A stretch of DNA of 64,000 bases from Candidatus Gottesmanbacteria bacterium (GTDB taxonomy: Bacteria; Patescibacteriota; Microgenomatia; UBA10105; UBA927), in NCBI GenBank assembly GCA_963711735.1, contig CAVQFA010000005.1:269778-333777 (forward strand). Reading direction: 5' to 3'. Position 1 is the first letter of the stretch, and each line of letters begins with the position of its first letter. Of this stretch, positions 28,948-41,611 are shown in pieces. The position numbers and the translations under genes are program-made. The notes under the pieces were generated by a model. It was not told the origin of the DNA. It worked only from the letters and a program-made list of their open reading frames with translations, and did not search any database.

Positions 28948-30375
28948 ATGTCATTCTACCGCACATACCGTCCTCAACGTATAGAGGATTTGGACAATGT
29001 AAACGCACGAAAACAGATTTCCGATCTGCTATCGCAGAATGTTTCCGATTTACCTCATGCATATTTGTTCTGCGGACAGCGCGGTATCGGTAAAACCACA
29101 TCAGCACGGCTCGTTGCTAAGTTGTTTAATTGTACGAAACGTGTGAAAGGAAAAGGTCCATGCGGATCGTGTGATCAATGCGTAAGCATTCAAACAGGCA
29201 CGAATCTTGATGTTATAGAAATGGATGCCGCTTCTAACCGGAGAATAGATGAAATCAGAACACTCCGTGAACGTGTAGGACTCACCCCGTCTGTCGCAAA
29301 ATATACAGTTTACATTATTGATGAAGTACACATGCTGACAACCGAAGCATTTAATGCGCTTCTTAAGACTTTGGAAGAGCCACCTTCACACGTGATTTTT
29401 ATTTTGGCAACAACAGATCCTCAAAAGGTACCTCAAACCATACAATCCCGATGCCTCATAATTTCGTTTTCGCGTGCAACGGATCGTGAATTGACCGGTG
29501 TTATAGAGAAAATTGCGAAGATTGAGAAATTATCCATTGATACGGATGCGTGTGATCTTATCGTGTCCTATGCAGACGGATCATTCCGGGATGCAGTAAA
29601 GGCGCTTGAACAGGCATCCCTGTCGGGATCTCCCATAACGGCGCAGTCCGTGCGTGAATCATTAGCGCTTGGTGAAAAGAAATATGTAACCGAATTTGTA
29701 CGTCACTTGCATGACGGTTCAGTAAAAGTTCTTTTTGAGGATATCAATAATACGAAAGAAGCCGGTATAGACATGAAAATGTTTATAACAGACGTCCTGA
29801 TGAATCTCAAAGAGAGGCTCATTTATTTGGCCGGATCAGGTGATTCTTCAGAGACATCTTTAAACCAATGTAAACGGGAAATAACCATATTTACAAGGGC
29901 ATTTGCGGAAATGAAATATAATCCGGTAACCGAGCTTCCCCTTATGACTGCTGTTGTTGATTGTATACAGGAGAATTCAGACTTTCATACGGTATCTCCT
30001 CCTGATACGTCTCAGAAAAACACTGCATCCGGTATCAAAGCGGATCAGCGTAATTCTGATCAATCATCCGCGTCAGATATATCTATATCCGCTGCTCAGG
30101 AGACGTCATCTTTAGGGATCGTCACTATGGAAAAAGTCACCGAGTGTTGGAAAGATATTATCGAAGAATGTAAGCCATTTAATCATTCTATTGCCGGAGT
30201 ATTACGTTCTGCTAAACCGTATTCTGTCGAACACGGTATAGTTACTATCGCAGCAAATTATAAGTTTCACCAGGAAAAGCTGTCGGAACCAAAAGTAAAA
30301 GATATTATTGTTCAGGTAATAAAGAAATTGTTCGGTGAGAAAGTAAAAGTAGAGATAGTATTAGGAAAAAAATAA
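28948..30375 (+). CDS. dnaX: DNA polymerase III subunit gamma/tau
   Basis: YRPQRIEDL...GQRGIGKTTSARLVAKLFNC, a zinc module (CGSCDQC), DEVHMLT box II and sensor motifs. Confidence 0.85.
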   Translation: MSFYRTYRPQRIEDLDNVNARKQISDLLSQNVSDLPHAYLFCGQRGIGKTTSARLVAKLFNCTKRVKGKGPCGSCDQCVSIQTGTNLDVIEMDAASNRRIDEIRTLRERVGLTPSVAKYTVYIIDEVHMLTTEAFNALLKTLEEPPSHVIFILATTDPQKVPQTIQSRCLIISFSRATDRELTGVIEKIAKIEKLSIDTDACDLIVSYADGSFRDAVKALEQASLSGSPITAQSVRESLALGEKKYVTEFVRHLHDGSVKVLFEDINNTKEAGIDMKMFITDVLMNLKERLIYLAGSGDSSETSLNQCKREITIFTRAFAEMKYNPVTELPLMTAVVDCIQENSDFHTVSPPDTSQKNTASGIKADQRNSDQSSASDISISAAQETSSLGIVTMEKVTECWKDIIEECKPFNHSIAGVLRSAKPYSVEHGIVTIAANYKFHQEKLSEPKVKDIIVQVIKKLFGEKVKVEIVLGKK

Positions 30376-30513
30376 CAATTATTTATATTCAAAACATATT
30401 GAATATTTTAATAGCTTACAACCTACAACGAATAACATTTTCGTATACGCATTGCCAAAACATAACAACCTCTGTAGAATTGGTATGTGATTGTAAGAAT
30501 GAGGAGGTAGTAT

Positions 30514-30777
30514 ATGATAAATCCATTTAAAATGCTCGGTGATGTAAACGCGATGCGGAAACAGGCTGCAGCTATACAGGCGGCTTTGAAAGAAGTCACT
30601 GTCGAAGGCAGAGACGGTATGAACCGCGTATCTATGACCGGTAATCAGGATGTCATTGATGTGGAAGTAAATGGTGTTCGTGACGATTCCATGAAACGTG
30701 CCATTCAGGATGCCATTAAACGCAGCCAGCAGGTCGCAGCAACCAAATTGCAGGAAATTTCCAAAGACATGCAGTAA
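30514..30777 (+). CDS. ybaB: Nucleoid-associated protein YbaB/EbfC
   Basis: 87 aa in the conserved dnaX-ybaB-recR neighbourhood. Confidence 0.8.
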   Translation: MINPFKMLGDVNAMRKQAAAIQAALKEVTVEGRDGMNRVSMTGNQDVIDVEVNGVRDDSMKRAIQDAIKRSQQVAATKLQEISKDMQ

Positions 30778-30800
30778 ACATTACCGATTCATGAATCAGA

Positions 30801-31817
30801 ATGGTACATAATACTCTCATCGTGACAGGTACCCTCGGGTACGATTACATCATGAATTTTCCCGGACGGTTTGCCGACCGCATCATGCCGGACAAAATTC
30901 ATTCCCTTTCATTATCCTTTCTCGTTGATAAACTGACAAGGCAATTTGGCGGAACTGCAGGAAACATCGCATACAGTTTGAAACTGCTCGGTATAAATCC
31001 GGTAACTCTTGCTCCTGTGGGAAATGACTTTGACCGGTATACTGATTTTCTGAAAAAACACAAGATTGATATATCCTGCATTGACACACACCCGGATGTG
31101 TCTACCAGTTCATACTTTGTGATGACGGATAGAGAAGATAATCAGATCGGATCGTTTTACCTTGGTGCTACAAAATATGCCAAGCAATTGTCCATACGTT
31201 CGTGTATACCGCGTACATCCGGAACGAAATCCGTATTTGCAGTTCTTGCACCGACAGAACCGGAAGCGATGGTTAAATACGTGAAAGAATGCCGGTCATC
31301 AGACTTACGGTATTTATACGACCCGGCGTTCCAGATCGGAAATTTTTCCCCATCCGATCTGAAAGCGGGAATTGCAGGTGCAACGATTCTCATTGGGAAC
31401 GATTACGAAATCGCGTTAATCGAAAAGAAATTGGATATCTCACATGAGGAACTTATTCTTGCAGTTCCGATACTCATAACGACACTAGGGTCGAAAGGAT
31501 CCGTCATAGAAACTCAAAAAGAATCCATACACATAAAACCCGCAAAAGCCAAAAATGTAAACGATCCGACAGGAGCAGGGGATGCCTATAGGGCGGGATT
31601 TCTGGCCGGATATGTGCGAATGCTTCAGAAAAATAAATCAGGTAAAGGTCCGCTTCTGACAGATGAAGAACTTATTTTTTGCGGACAGATGGGATCAGTC
31701 GCTGCAGTTTATACGGTAGAAAAGTACGGGACCGTAACACATACGTATACGCCTCTTGCATTCCGGACCCGTTTTAAAGAAAATTATGGAGACTCGAAGT
31801 ATTTGCGGTTGTTATAA
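30801..31817 (+). CDS. PfkB-family sugar/nucleoside kinase, plausibly adenosine kinase
   Basis: GG motif (FGGTAGNIAYSL) and DPTGAGDAYRAGFLAGY anion-hole motif. ahcY lies two genes downstream. Confidence 0.6.
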   Translation: MVHNTLIVTGTLGYDYIMNFPGRFADRIMPDKIHSLSLSFLVDKLTRQFGGTAGNIAYSLKLLGINPVTLAPVGNDFDRYTDFLKKHKIDISCIDTHPDVSTSSYFVMTDREDNQIGSFYLGATKYAKQLSIRSCIPRTSGTKSVFAVLAPTEPEAMVKYVKECRSSDLRYLYDPAFQIGNFSPSDLKAGIAGATILIGNDYEIALIEKKLDISHEELILAVPILITTLGSKGSVIETQKESIHIKPAKAKNVNDPTGAGDAYRAGFLAGYVRMLQKNKSGKGPLLTDEELIFCGQMGSVAAVYTVEKYGTVTHTYTPLAFRTRFKENYGDSKYLRLL

Positions 31818-31857
31818 TATAACTCATAACGTACAACATACAACTTACAACTAATAT

Positions 31858-33751
<1,894 letters not shown>

Positions 33752-33771
33752 CCGTATTTCATTCAGAACAT

Positions 33772-34296
33772 ATGCAATTACATGAACTAATCGGCAGAGT
33801 TGTACAGAATTCGCGTACAGATATCGAGAAATCTATAAAGAAGCGGAAAGCACTAAGCAGTATTAAAAATGGACATGCGAGTTTAGATGATTGTATCGAC
33901 GTTTGTGTTTTAACGACATTGTTTGAATGGCATGGTGAAAAAAATAAATCATTCCGTCAGCGCTGGGCAGATTCTTTTATCAGTCTGTATACCGGTATCA
34001 ATCAGGAGGAACAAACGAAAAAGGATAATATAAAGACTATATGCGAACGAATGGAGCCGCAAGTATTTGTAAAAGCACTGGATGCATTATATGAATCCGG
34101 TTACCGCATATCTGAAACACCGTGTGTATATGATTTTACGGAGCAATATTACAATCATACAGGTTCAGATACCCAAAGAGATGATTTTCGGAAATGGATA
34201 CAATACACGTCATGTATTCCTAATAATTTAAAGACTCATTTTGGGTGTGTTGTAACAAAGAATAAAACACCTGCGTTTCTTTATAAAGCTATATGA
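33772..34296 (+). CDS. Hypothetical protein
   Basis: 174-aa ORF with no recognisable motif. Confidence 0.3.
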   Translation: MQLHELIGRVVQNSRTDIEKSIKKRKALSSIKNGHASLDDCIDVCVLTTLFEWHGEKNKSFRQRWADSFISLYTGINQEEQTKKDNIKTICERMEPQVFVKALDALYESGYRISETPCVYDFTEQYYNHTGSDTQRDDFRKWIQYTSCIPNNLKTHFGCVVTKNKTPAFLYKAI

Positions 34297-35492
34297 AACA
34301 AGTATCGGAAAGAATACAGAATGTTCCGGCATCTCCGATCCGTAAGCTTGTCCCTTATGCAATTGAGGCAAAAAAACAGGGTGTGCATGTGTATCATCTC
34401 AATATTGGTGATCCGGATATACCGACTCCGGAGCCCATGCTGTCAGTTTTGAAAAACTGGAAAGTCAATCCTGTCGGATACGATCAGTCTCAGGGAAATC
34501 CGGAATTTATCGGGAGTCTCCTGGGGTACTACCATAAACTCGGATATACGTTTTTGGAAAAGGGTCATATTCAATCAACTCTCGGTGGGTCAGAAGCCAT
34601 TTCCATGGCGATGTTTGCCACATGCGAAGCAGGGGACGAGATTATCGTTTTTGAACCTTTTTATACCAATTACAATTCCTACGCAGTTGTAACCGGAGTA
34701 AAGCTTGTGCCCATACCAACGTCAATTCAAAACGGATTTCATCTTCCGCTTCAAAAAGAAATTGAAAAGAAAATTACGAAAAAAACGCGGGCAATTCTTT
34801 TCTGTAATCCATCAAATCCTACAGGGACTGTCTATACCAAAGAAGAGGTGGAAATGCTCGCCGGCATCGCACAAAAACATTCACTTTTTCTTCTGTCAGA
34901 TGAAGTGTACCGTGAATATACGTATGACGGGCGGAAACATGTATCACTTTTTTCTTATATGGAAGACAATCCCGAAAGGGCAATAGTTCTTGACAGCATG
35001 TCGAAGCGCTATTCTCTCTGTGGTGCGAGAGTCGGAGCTCTTGTTACTCTCAACAAAGACATTCTTGCCGGTGTGCTTCGCATGGCACAAGGACGGTTAT
35101 CTGCAGGCCTTATAGACCAACTTGTCGCTTCCGAATTAACTGAAGTAACGGATGATTATCTGTACAAAGTACATCAGGAATATAATAAGCGGCGTGATGT
35201 GTTATACAAAGGTTTAAAAACCATACCGGGAGTGATTGTTCCTAAACCGGAAGGAGCATTTTATGCGATTGTTGGACTGCCTGTAGATGATGCGGAGAAA
35301 TTCTGCCGATGGCTGCTGACAGATTTTCGGGACAGGAATGAAACAGTTATGTTTGCACCGGCATCAGGATTTTATGCTACACCGGGGCTTGGAACAAAGG
35401 AAGTGCGTATCGCGTATGTATTAAATGTAAAAGCCCTGAAACGTTCCATTGATATCCTTTCCAAAGCCCTGAATGAATATCGTAATTCGTAA
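34293..35492 (+). CDS. Class I/II PLP-dependent aminotransferase (aspartate aminotransferase-like)
   Basis: SMSKRYSLCGARVG PLP-Lys motif. 399 aa. Confidence 0.8.
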   Translation: MKQVSERIQNVPASPIRKLVPYAIEAKKQGVHVYHLNIGDPDIPTPEPMLSVLKNWKVNPVGYDQSQGNPEFIGSLLGYYHKLGYTFLEKGHIQSTLGGSEAISMAMFATCEAGDEIIVFEPFYTNYNSYAVVTGVKLVPIPTSIQNGFHLPLQKEIEKKITKKTRAILFCNPSNPTGTVYTKEEVEMLAGIAQKHSLFLLSDEVYREYTYDGRKHVSLFSYMEDNPERAIVLDSMSKRYSLCGARVGALVTLNKDILAGVLRMAQGRLSAGLIDQLVASELTEVTDDYLYKVHQEYNKRRDVLYKGLKTIPGVIVPKPEGAFYAIVGLPVDDAEKFCRWLLTDFRDRNETVMFAPASGFYATPGLGTKEVRIAYVLNVKALKRSIDILSKALNEYRNS

Positions 35493-35519
35493 ATCATATA
35501 TCGGTACTTATCGTACTTT

Positions 35520-36227
35520 ATGAAACTTATTCTTTTTGATATTGACGGTACGCTTATCTATCACGTCGGTCAGCGTATCAATGTAGGATATCCCAGATTT
35601 AAACTCGCTATCAAACGCGTATTCGGTTTGGACGTCGATATAGATACCTCCGTTAATTACAACGGATGGGTAGACCGGCAGATAACCTGGCATAATGTTC
35701 ATATGCATGGTATCGGGAAAAAAGAATTTGACGGGAAATTTTCACAAATAGCAAAGGAATTACACACGATCACCATTCAACAGGCAAAAGAAAAAGGACG
35801 TTTATATGCAGCGATAGATCCGGCCGTTGTTCTGGCAAAAAATGTTGCACATAATTCCGAATATGCAATCGGTATAATTACGGGAAATGTCAAACGGGTT
35901 GCTTTATGGAAACTTGAACACGCGGGGATTCACGGAATATTTTCGTTTGGGGTCTATGGTGACGAAGCGGATGACAGAATTTCCTTAGCAAAAACCGTAT
36001 TTGTTAAAGCTGAGTCATTTTTCAAGGTTGTGTTTCATCCTGAGGATATTTACGTTATCGGAGATGCGATTGGTGATATCCGCTGCGGAAAAGCAATCGG
36101 TGCACGGACGATTATTGTCATGACCGGAGGTCACAGTACGAAAGAGGAATTACTTCTTGAGAAACCTGATCTTCTCGTTGATACACTGGAAGACCCGCGG
36201 GTGAAAAAACTCTTAGGTTTAACGTAG
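35520..36227 (+). CDS. HAD-superfamily hydrolase
   Basis: LFDIDGTL motif I and GDAIGD motif IV. Confidence 0.6.
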   Translation: MKLILFDIDGTLIYHVGQRINVGYPRFKLAIKRVFGLDVDIDTSVNYNGWVDRQITWHNVHMHGIGKKEFDGKFSQIAKELHTITIQQAKEKGRLYAAIDPAVVLAKNVAHNSEYAIGIITGNVKRVALWKLEHAGIHGIFSFGVYGDEADDRISLAKTVFVKAESFFKVVFHPEDIYVIGDAIGDIRCGKAIGARTIIVMTGGHSTKEELLLEKPDLLVDTLEDPRVKKLLGLT

Positions 36228-36314
36228 TACGTTTTTCTGATATAGTGATACATATTTCAACAGTATGCGTATTGTGCATATAAGCACTTATGTTTCTGCG
36301 TTTATAATATAAAA

Positions 36315-36935
36315 ATGAATATTTTGCCGAAATCCATATCCCGTGTCATAGAATCGTTCCAAAAACTTCCCGGTATCGGTCCGAAATCCGCAACACGGCT
36401 TGCTTTTTATCTTCTTCATGTACCGCAGGAAGACCTGGATAATTTTTCCGGGGCTGTAAAAAATTTAAAATCCGCAACAGTACTTTGTACACTCTGCAGA
36501 AACGTATCGGAGCAGGATCCATGCGCAATATGTGCCAGTCCTTCGCGGAACAAAGAAATTATCTGTGTCGTTGAGCAGCCAACCGATGTTCTTTCAATCG
36601 AAAGAACAGGGAAATATAACGGCATATACCACGTGCTTCATGGGGCTATCGATCCGCTCAATAACATCGGTCCGGATGAAATATATATTGCAGATTTGCT
36701 GAAACGCATCACACATTCCTCTTTATCCATAAAAGAAATAATATTAGCAACAAATCCCAACATGGAAGGGGAAGCAACAGCAATGTATGTTACAAAACAA
36801 ATTTCCAATCTCAAAACTAAAAACGTAAACATGATCATTACTCGTCTTGCCCATGGTCTTCCCATCGGCGCGGATATAGAATATGCGGACGAGGTGACCC
36901 TGACGCGTGCACTTGAAGGCAGAAGGCAATTTTAA
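36315..36935 (+). CDS. recR: Recombination protein RecR
   Basis: HhH LPGIGPKSATRLAFYLL, a C4 zinc finger CTLCRNVSEQDPCAIC, and Toprim/Walker B segments. Confidence 0.85.
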   Translation: MNILPKSISRVIESFQKLPGIGPKSATRLAFYLLHVPQEDLDNFSGAVKNLKSATVLCTLCRNVSEQDPCAICASPSRNKEIICVVEQPTDVLSIERTGKYNGIYHVLHGAIDPLNNIGPDEIYIADLLKRITHSSLSIKEIILATNPNMEGEATAMYVTKQISNLKTKNVNMIITRLAHGLPIGADIEYADEVTLTRALEGRRQF

Positions 36936-36973
36936 CGACGCAAAATTTATTCATTGCACATTGCACATGATAT

Positions 36974-37273
36974 ATGGTTAAAAAATCCCAATTAGAGAAA
37001 GTACTAAAAACCATACCTGATCCTGAGCTCGGAATTTCCGTATGGGATTTGGGCCTAATTTACGGTGTTACGATTGACAGACAAAACAGAGTTACCGTCC
37101 GTATGACGCTAACTTCCATCGGTTGTCCTTTGTTCTCGCTCATATCCGATCCCATTAAGGAGAAGATTGAAAACATAAAGGGTGTCAAATCAGTATACGT
37201 AGAACTAACGTTTGATCCTCCGTGGTCAATTGACCGCATGAGCAAGTCAGCCCGTCTCCAACTCGGCATGTGA
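36974..37273 (+). CDS. DUF59 (MIP18/SufT-like) Fe-S assembly protein
   Basis: IPDPELGISVWDLGLIYGV and the conserved Cys in TSIGCP. Confidence 0.6.
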   Translation: MVKKSQLEKVLKTIPDPELGISVWDLGLIYGVTIDRQNRVTVRMTLTSIGCPLFSLISDPIKEKIENIKGVKSVYVELTFDPPWSIDRMSKSARLQLGM

Positions 37274-37312
37274 TAACTACCATAGAAATCTGAAGTAACG
37301 TATCATAGAGAT

Positions 37313-37807
37313 ATGGCAACGCGAACGACACTTGCCGGTCAGGTTATCGGATCCTTTGAGGATATCGGCAAAGATGTAGTAAAACAGACCATGAAACTTC
37401 CGTCCGATATCGTCGGATCTGCACTTGAATCGCTCGGATCTTCAGGCACGAATAAAGGTCAACCGGGCCAGCAAAAAAATAAACAGTTAGTAGGCCTTTA
37501 TGACGCAAGAGAACCTCATAAAGAAGACGAGTGGGATAAGATACATCAAACCAAAGATACTCAGGTAAAACAGGCAATAGCACGGTCAGCATTGGAAGCG
37601 CTGACGAAACGTCCGCGGGAGAAAGAGGAGCGGGTATGGGATAAAAATATGAAGGAGAATGAGCAAAAAAAATTGATTAAGTTACATCAGGAACAGGCAC
37701 AATCAACGCTTCCGCTGATGTCACAGAAACAAACCCGGGGAGATCTTTATGGTCTGAAAGCCAAACGCAGTCCGGGTGAAATCGGCAAAAATGTGAAAAC
37801 CGACTGA
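37313..37807 (+). CDS. Hypothetical charged protein
   Basis: 164-aa ORF, Lys/Glu/Gln-rich, no motif. Confidence 0.3.
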   Translation: MATRTTLAGQVIGSFEDIGKDVVKQTMKLPSDIVGSALESLGSSGTNKGQPGQQKNKQLVGLYDAREPHKEDEWDKIHQTKDTQVKQAIARSALEALTKRPREKEERVWDKNMKENEQKKLIKLHQEQAQSTLPLMSQKQTRGDLYGLKAKRSPGEIGKNVKTD

Positions 37808-37865
37808 TTCAGGGGATTCATACTTCACAACACGGCGTTGGTGATGGATAATTGAACTGAAAACT

Positions 37866-39314
37866 ATGTTACATTTGTATAATACTCTGACAAGGACACT
37901 CGAAGAATTTATTCCTCTTGAGAAAGGAAAAGTACGCTTCTATCATTGTGGTCCTACCGTATATTGGACTCAGCACATAGGTAACTTACGCGGAATGACC
38001 ATGGGTGATCTCGTCGTCCGTATATTGAAACGGTTCGGTTATGATGTAACATTTATCCGCAACTATACGGATGTAGGACATCTTACAAGCGATGCAGATA
38101 CCGGTGAAGATAAAATGGAAAAAGGTGCGAAACGCGAAGGACTGACTCCGGACGAAATAGCTGAGAAATATATACGCATTTTTGAGAACGACGTAAAATC
38201 CATCAATCTCACGGAACCATCATATAAACCCCGTCCGTCTAAACTTATACCTGAGATTATTGATATGGTCCAAATTCTGATGGATAAAGGATTCGCATAT
38301 ATGACGGATCTGGCAGTGTACTTCGACGTATCAAAATTTTCCAAGTACACGGAATTATCGCGTCATAATCTCGATAAGGAACGGAAAGGATCCGGAAAGG
38401 GTGAGGCAGATGATCCGGGTAAGAAGCATTTTACGGACTTTGCATTATGGGTATTTCAGGCAGGTGCGCATGCCAAAGCACTGCAGACATGGGAAACCCC
38501 GTTTTATTCCGCACTCGTGAAAAACGGCAGGGGATTTCCCGGTTGGCATATCGAGTGTTCCGTAATGGCAAAAAAGTATCTCGGCGATACGATTGACATT
38601 CATATGGGCGGCGTCGAACATATACCCATACATCATACCAATGAAATTGCTCAGAGCGAATCAGCAAACGGAGTTCCTTTTGTCCGGTATTGGCTCCATA
38701 ACGAACACCTTATCGTCAATAACGAAAAAATGGCTAAATCGGCAGGAACAGGCATGAGTCTGGATGAGGTACGGAAAAAAGGATTTGATCCTTTAGCGCT
38801 CCGGTACTTTTACCTGCAGGCACATTACCGCACCAGACAAAACTTTTCCTGGGAGGCGCTTTCTGCTTCGCAAAATGCCCTGCAAACCCTGCGGTCGTAT
38901 ATAGGTGCATGGAAGAATGAGAAGGAGCGAAGCGTGCTTTCCCAGGACAAACTCGCAAAAACAGATTCATACAGAAATGCATTTGATGAAGCACTTCTCG
39001 ATGATTTTAACGTTCCGAAAGCACTTGCCGTAAGCTGGGAAATGGTAAAATCCAATATTCCGTCGATTGATAAATATGACTCTCTGATGGATTTTGATGA
39101 TGTGCTTGGACTTCGTTTGTCTGATGTTCAGACGACCAAAATGGAAAAAATATCAGAAGATTTACCGGATGATATAAAAGCACTGATAGGGAAGCGTGAT
39201 GAAGCCCGGATGCAGAAGAAGTGGGATGTGTCGGATGCATACCGTAAGGAAATTGAAAATAAAGGGTTTACAGTGAAAGATACGCCGGAGGGGACGTTTA
39301 TTTCCGGGAAATAA
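37866..39314 (+). CDS. cysS: Cysteinyl-tRNA synthetase
   Basis: HIGH-type motif (CGPTVYWTQHIGNLRG), KMAKSAG (KMSKS), and conserved zinc-ligand Cys residues. Confidence 0.9.
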   Translation: MLHLYNTLTRTLEEFIPLEKGKVRFYHCGPTVYWTQHIGNLRGMTMGDLVVRILKRFGYDVTFIRNYTDVGHLTSDADTGEDKMEKGAKREGLTPDEIAEKYIRIFENDVKSINLTEPSYKPRPSKLIPEIIDMVQILMDKGFAYMTDLAVYFDVSKFSKYTELSRHNLDKERKGSGKGEADDPGKKHFTDFALWVFQAGAHAKALQTWETPFYSALVKNGRGFPGWHIECSVMAKKYLGDTIDIHMGGVEHIPIHHTNEIAQSESANGVPFVRYWLHNEHLIVNNEKMAKSAGTGMSLDEVRKKGFDPLALRYFYLQAHYRTRQNFSWEALSASQNALQTLRSYIGAWKNEKERSVLSQDKLAKTDSYRNAFDEALLDDFNVPKALAVSWEMVKSNIPSIDKYDSLMDFDDVLGLRLSDVQTTKMEKISEDLPDDIKALIGKRDEARMQKKWDVSDAYRKEIENKGFTVKDTPEGTFISGK

Positions 39315-39319
39315 TCGTT

Positions 39320-39694
39320 TTATCGTTTGCTGATTCCGATTGCAGAGACCGATTTCGTACTGATTTGGAATGACGAGGGAACAGCTTCAATTCTAACTTG
39401 TGTTCCGGAAGGGTAGGATGCAGGATTGAAACTCGCCGGAACTGCCACTGACCACCCGTCACCGAGCGTCCGTGTACCATCCGAAAAAGAGATATTATCC
39501 ACGATGAGTCTCGATTCTGCATCATTGTATGAATTGACGCGTCCTAAAAAGGTCATTGTGGCTACTTTACTTGCACGTGCCCTCGTATCAGTCCGGCTTG
39601 TTTTCGTCTTATCAAGGATAGTCGTTATGATAATTGCGATCATTATAAATGCGATGCTGCCAATCAGAAGAAAAAATCCGCTTTTATCTTTCAT
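39320..39694 (-). CDS. Hypothetical membrane-anchored or secreted protein
   Basis: N-terminal TM helix FFLLIGSIAFIMIAIIITTIL. It lies downstream of, and on the same strand as, the sensor kinase. Confidence 0.35.
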   Translation of the reverse strand: MKDKSGFFLLIGSIAFIMIAIIITTILDKTKTSRTDTRARASKVATMTFLGRVNSYNDAESRLIVDNISFSDGTRTLGDGWSVAVPASFNPASYPSGTQVRIEAVPSSFQISTKSVSAIGISKR

Positions 39695-39757
39695 ATATTC
39701 TTATTGAACCACCCCTTCAGCTTGTTGTCAAGCTTCGTGTACTGTATTTTTAAGTTT

Positions 39758-41473
39758 TCAGGAAAGGGGGGCGAGAGGAAGTGTAAGAAGAAATACGGAA
39801 CCTACACCCAAATCACTTTTTTCGAGAATTAAATCTCCGCCCATCGCAAGCGCAAATTGTTTCGATATGAAAAGTCCCATGCCTGTGCTTTTCGATGACG
39901 TCAATGTCCTTGCTGCACCGACCTGTTGGAATTTTTTGAATAAAAGATGCTGATCATCGATGCTTACACCCGGACCCGTATCAGCTACCCGTATTTCCAG
40001 CCGATTACCGTTTGTATTTTCAGATACGGTGATATCTCCCTGCGTTGTGTATTTTATGGCGTTGCCTATGAGGTTTGCTAATATTTCCTGTGTTTTTGTT
40101 TTGTCAGCAAAAATTTTTACCTGTCTTGTGCTGTTTGCCGTAAACGTGAGACTTAGCTTTTTTTCCTTGACCTGTGATTGATAAGAGTTAACTATATCGC
40201 GAAGAAACGGTGAAGAATCAAATGCCTCCTTATTTATTGTTAATCTGCCCTGTTCAATCCGTGAAATATTTAAGAGTTCATTGACAAGGCCGATGAGCGA
40301 AATTGCTGATTGTTTCATGCTTACGATCATCTCTTTCACCTGATCTTTGGGAGTCGTATCGAGAGTGTTTTCCAAAAATTCTGACACGGTTCGTATTGTC
40401 GTTAATGGCGCACGCAAATCATGAATGATTCCCGAGAAGAAAGCTTTTTCGCCGGTTTCTTTCCGGTAGTTTTCTTCCTGTGTTTCCATAAGAATGACTA
40501 TGCCATGTTCAGGATCGGGACCGGTAAAAGGAATAATCATACCGCGTACTGGTATGGGTGAACCCTGTTTACCGGTTATGAATGTCCACGTCGGGAGAGC
40601 CTTTAATTCCCCATTTAAACATCCGATAAGGATATTGGGATCGATTTCACTTTTCTGATTTCTAAACACGAGAATTTCAAGCGCGGATTTATTGATAATA
40701 TCCTGAACACCGTACCCGAGCAGAGATGCGCTTGCTTCATTTGCATAATGAATTATGCCGGATGGATCCAGAAGAAGTATTGCGATAGGCCAATTGGATT
40801 CGATAGTGTGTGCAATACCACTCACAGTGTTAAATTTTTGTATCTGATTTTCAAGATTGGCTGCAGTCATTTCAAGTTTATTTTTTTCCTCCGTAAGCGA
40901 GCGAATGGTTCCTTCCAGATGTGTCATATCAAAAAAATGAAAAGCAATGGTGGATGTGCCTTCAAGAGTGATCGGGGAGTACACTCCATATATGGGTATA
41001 CGATTTCTCGGTCCGATCAGGTACGTGTTTACTGCAGTTTGGGTCGTTGTACCATGCATGCTTTCTGATAACCCTTCGTATGCAGGCGATGAATCTTCGT
41101 GTACCAGTTGGATTGTTTCCGTAAATGGTTTCATTGTATAATCTCCTGGGTTTTCCATTTCCAGAAGTTCACGGGTGTATGTGTTGATGGACATTATATT
41201 TCCGTGAATATTCATAAGTGCAATCCCGATTCGGGCCTGAATTTCACTTTGTGATGTTTGCACACCTCCGTTGGATGAGCCTGAACGGGTGAGAAATTCG
41301 TTCAGTTGATTTCTGATATTTGTAAGCTCGGACATGAGTGATTGAATAGCGGTTTTTTGTTTGGATGACTCTTTTTGAAGGCGGAGGTTATGGGTTTCGA
41401 TAACGAGCGCAATGAAAGCAAAAAGAGCGGTAAAAACGCCGAGAACAATGATGATGATAAATTCTTCGCTCAT
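39758..41473 (-). CDS. Sensor histidine kinase with N-terminal TM helix and PAS domains
   Basis: HisKA H-box GIIHDLRAPLTTI and HATPase_c N, G1 and G2 boxes. No response regulator is adjacent. Confidence 0.8.
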   Translation of the reverse strand: MSEEFIIIIVLGVFTALFAFIALVIETHNLRLQKESSKQKTAIQSLMSELTNIRNQLNEFLTRSGSSNGGVQTSQSEIQARIGIALMNIHGNIMSINTYTRELLEMENPGDYTMKPFTETIQLVHEDSSPAYEGLSESMHGTTTQTAVNTYLIGPRNRIPIYGVYSPITLEGTSTIAFHFFDMTHLEGTIRSLTEEKNKLEMTAANLENQIQKFNTVSGIAHTIESNWPIAILLLDPSGIIHYANEASASLLGYGVQDIINKSALEILVFRNQKSEIDPNILIGCLNGELKALPTWTFITGKQGSPIPVRGMIIPFTGPDPEHGIVILMETQEENYRKETGEKAFFSGIIHDLRAPLTTIRTVSEFLENTLDTTPKDQVKEMIVSMKQSAISLIGLVNELLNISRIEQGRLTINKEAFDSSPFLRDIVNSYQSQVKEKKLSLTFTANSTRQVKIFADKTKTQEILANLIGNAIKYTTQGDITVSENTNGNRLEIRVADTGPGVSIDDQHLLFKKFQQVGAARTLTSSKSTGMGLFISKQFALAMGGDLILEKSDLGVGSVFLLTLPLAPLS

Positions 41474-41611
41474 AGGCAGGCATCCGGGAATAACCGGAAT
41501 ATAACTCTACTGTACAACTTTTCTTTGTGTGCTATCAATACTATATATATCATAAACCATATAAATATCCTCCCTTTATGAACTTTACGGACTTTCTACT
41601 ATACTTACTCT

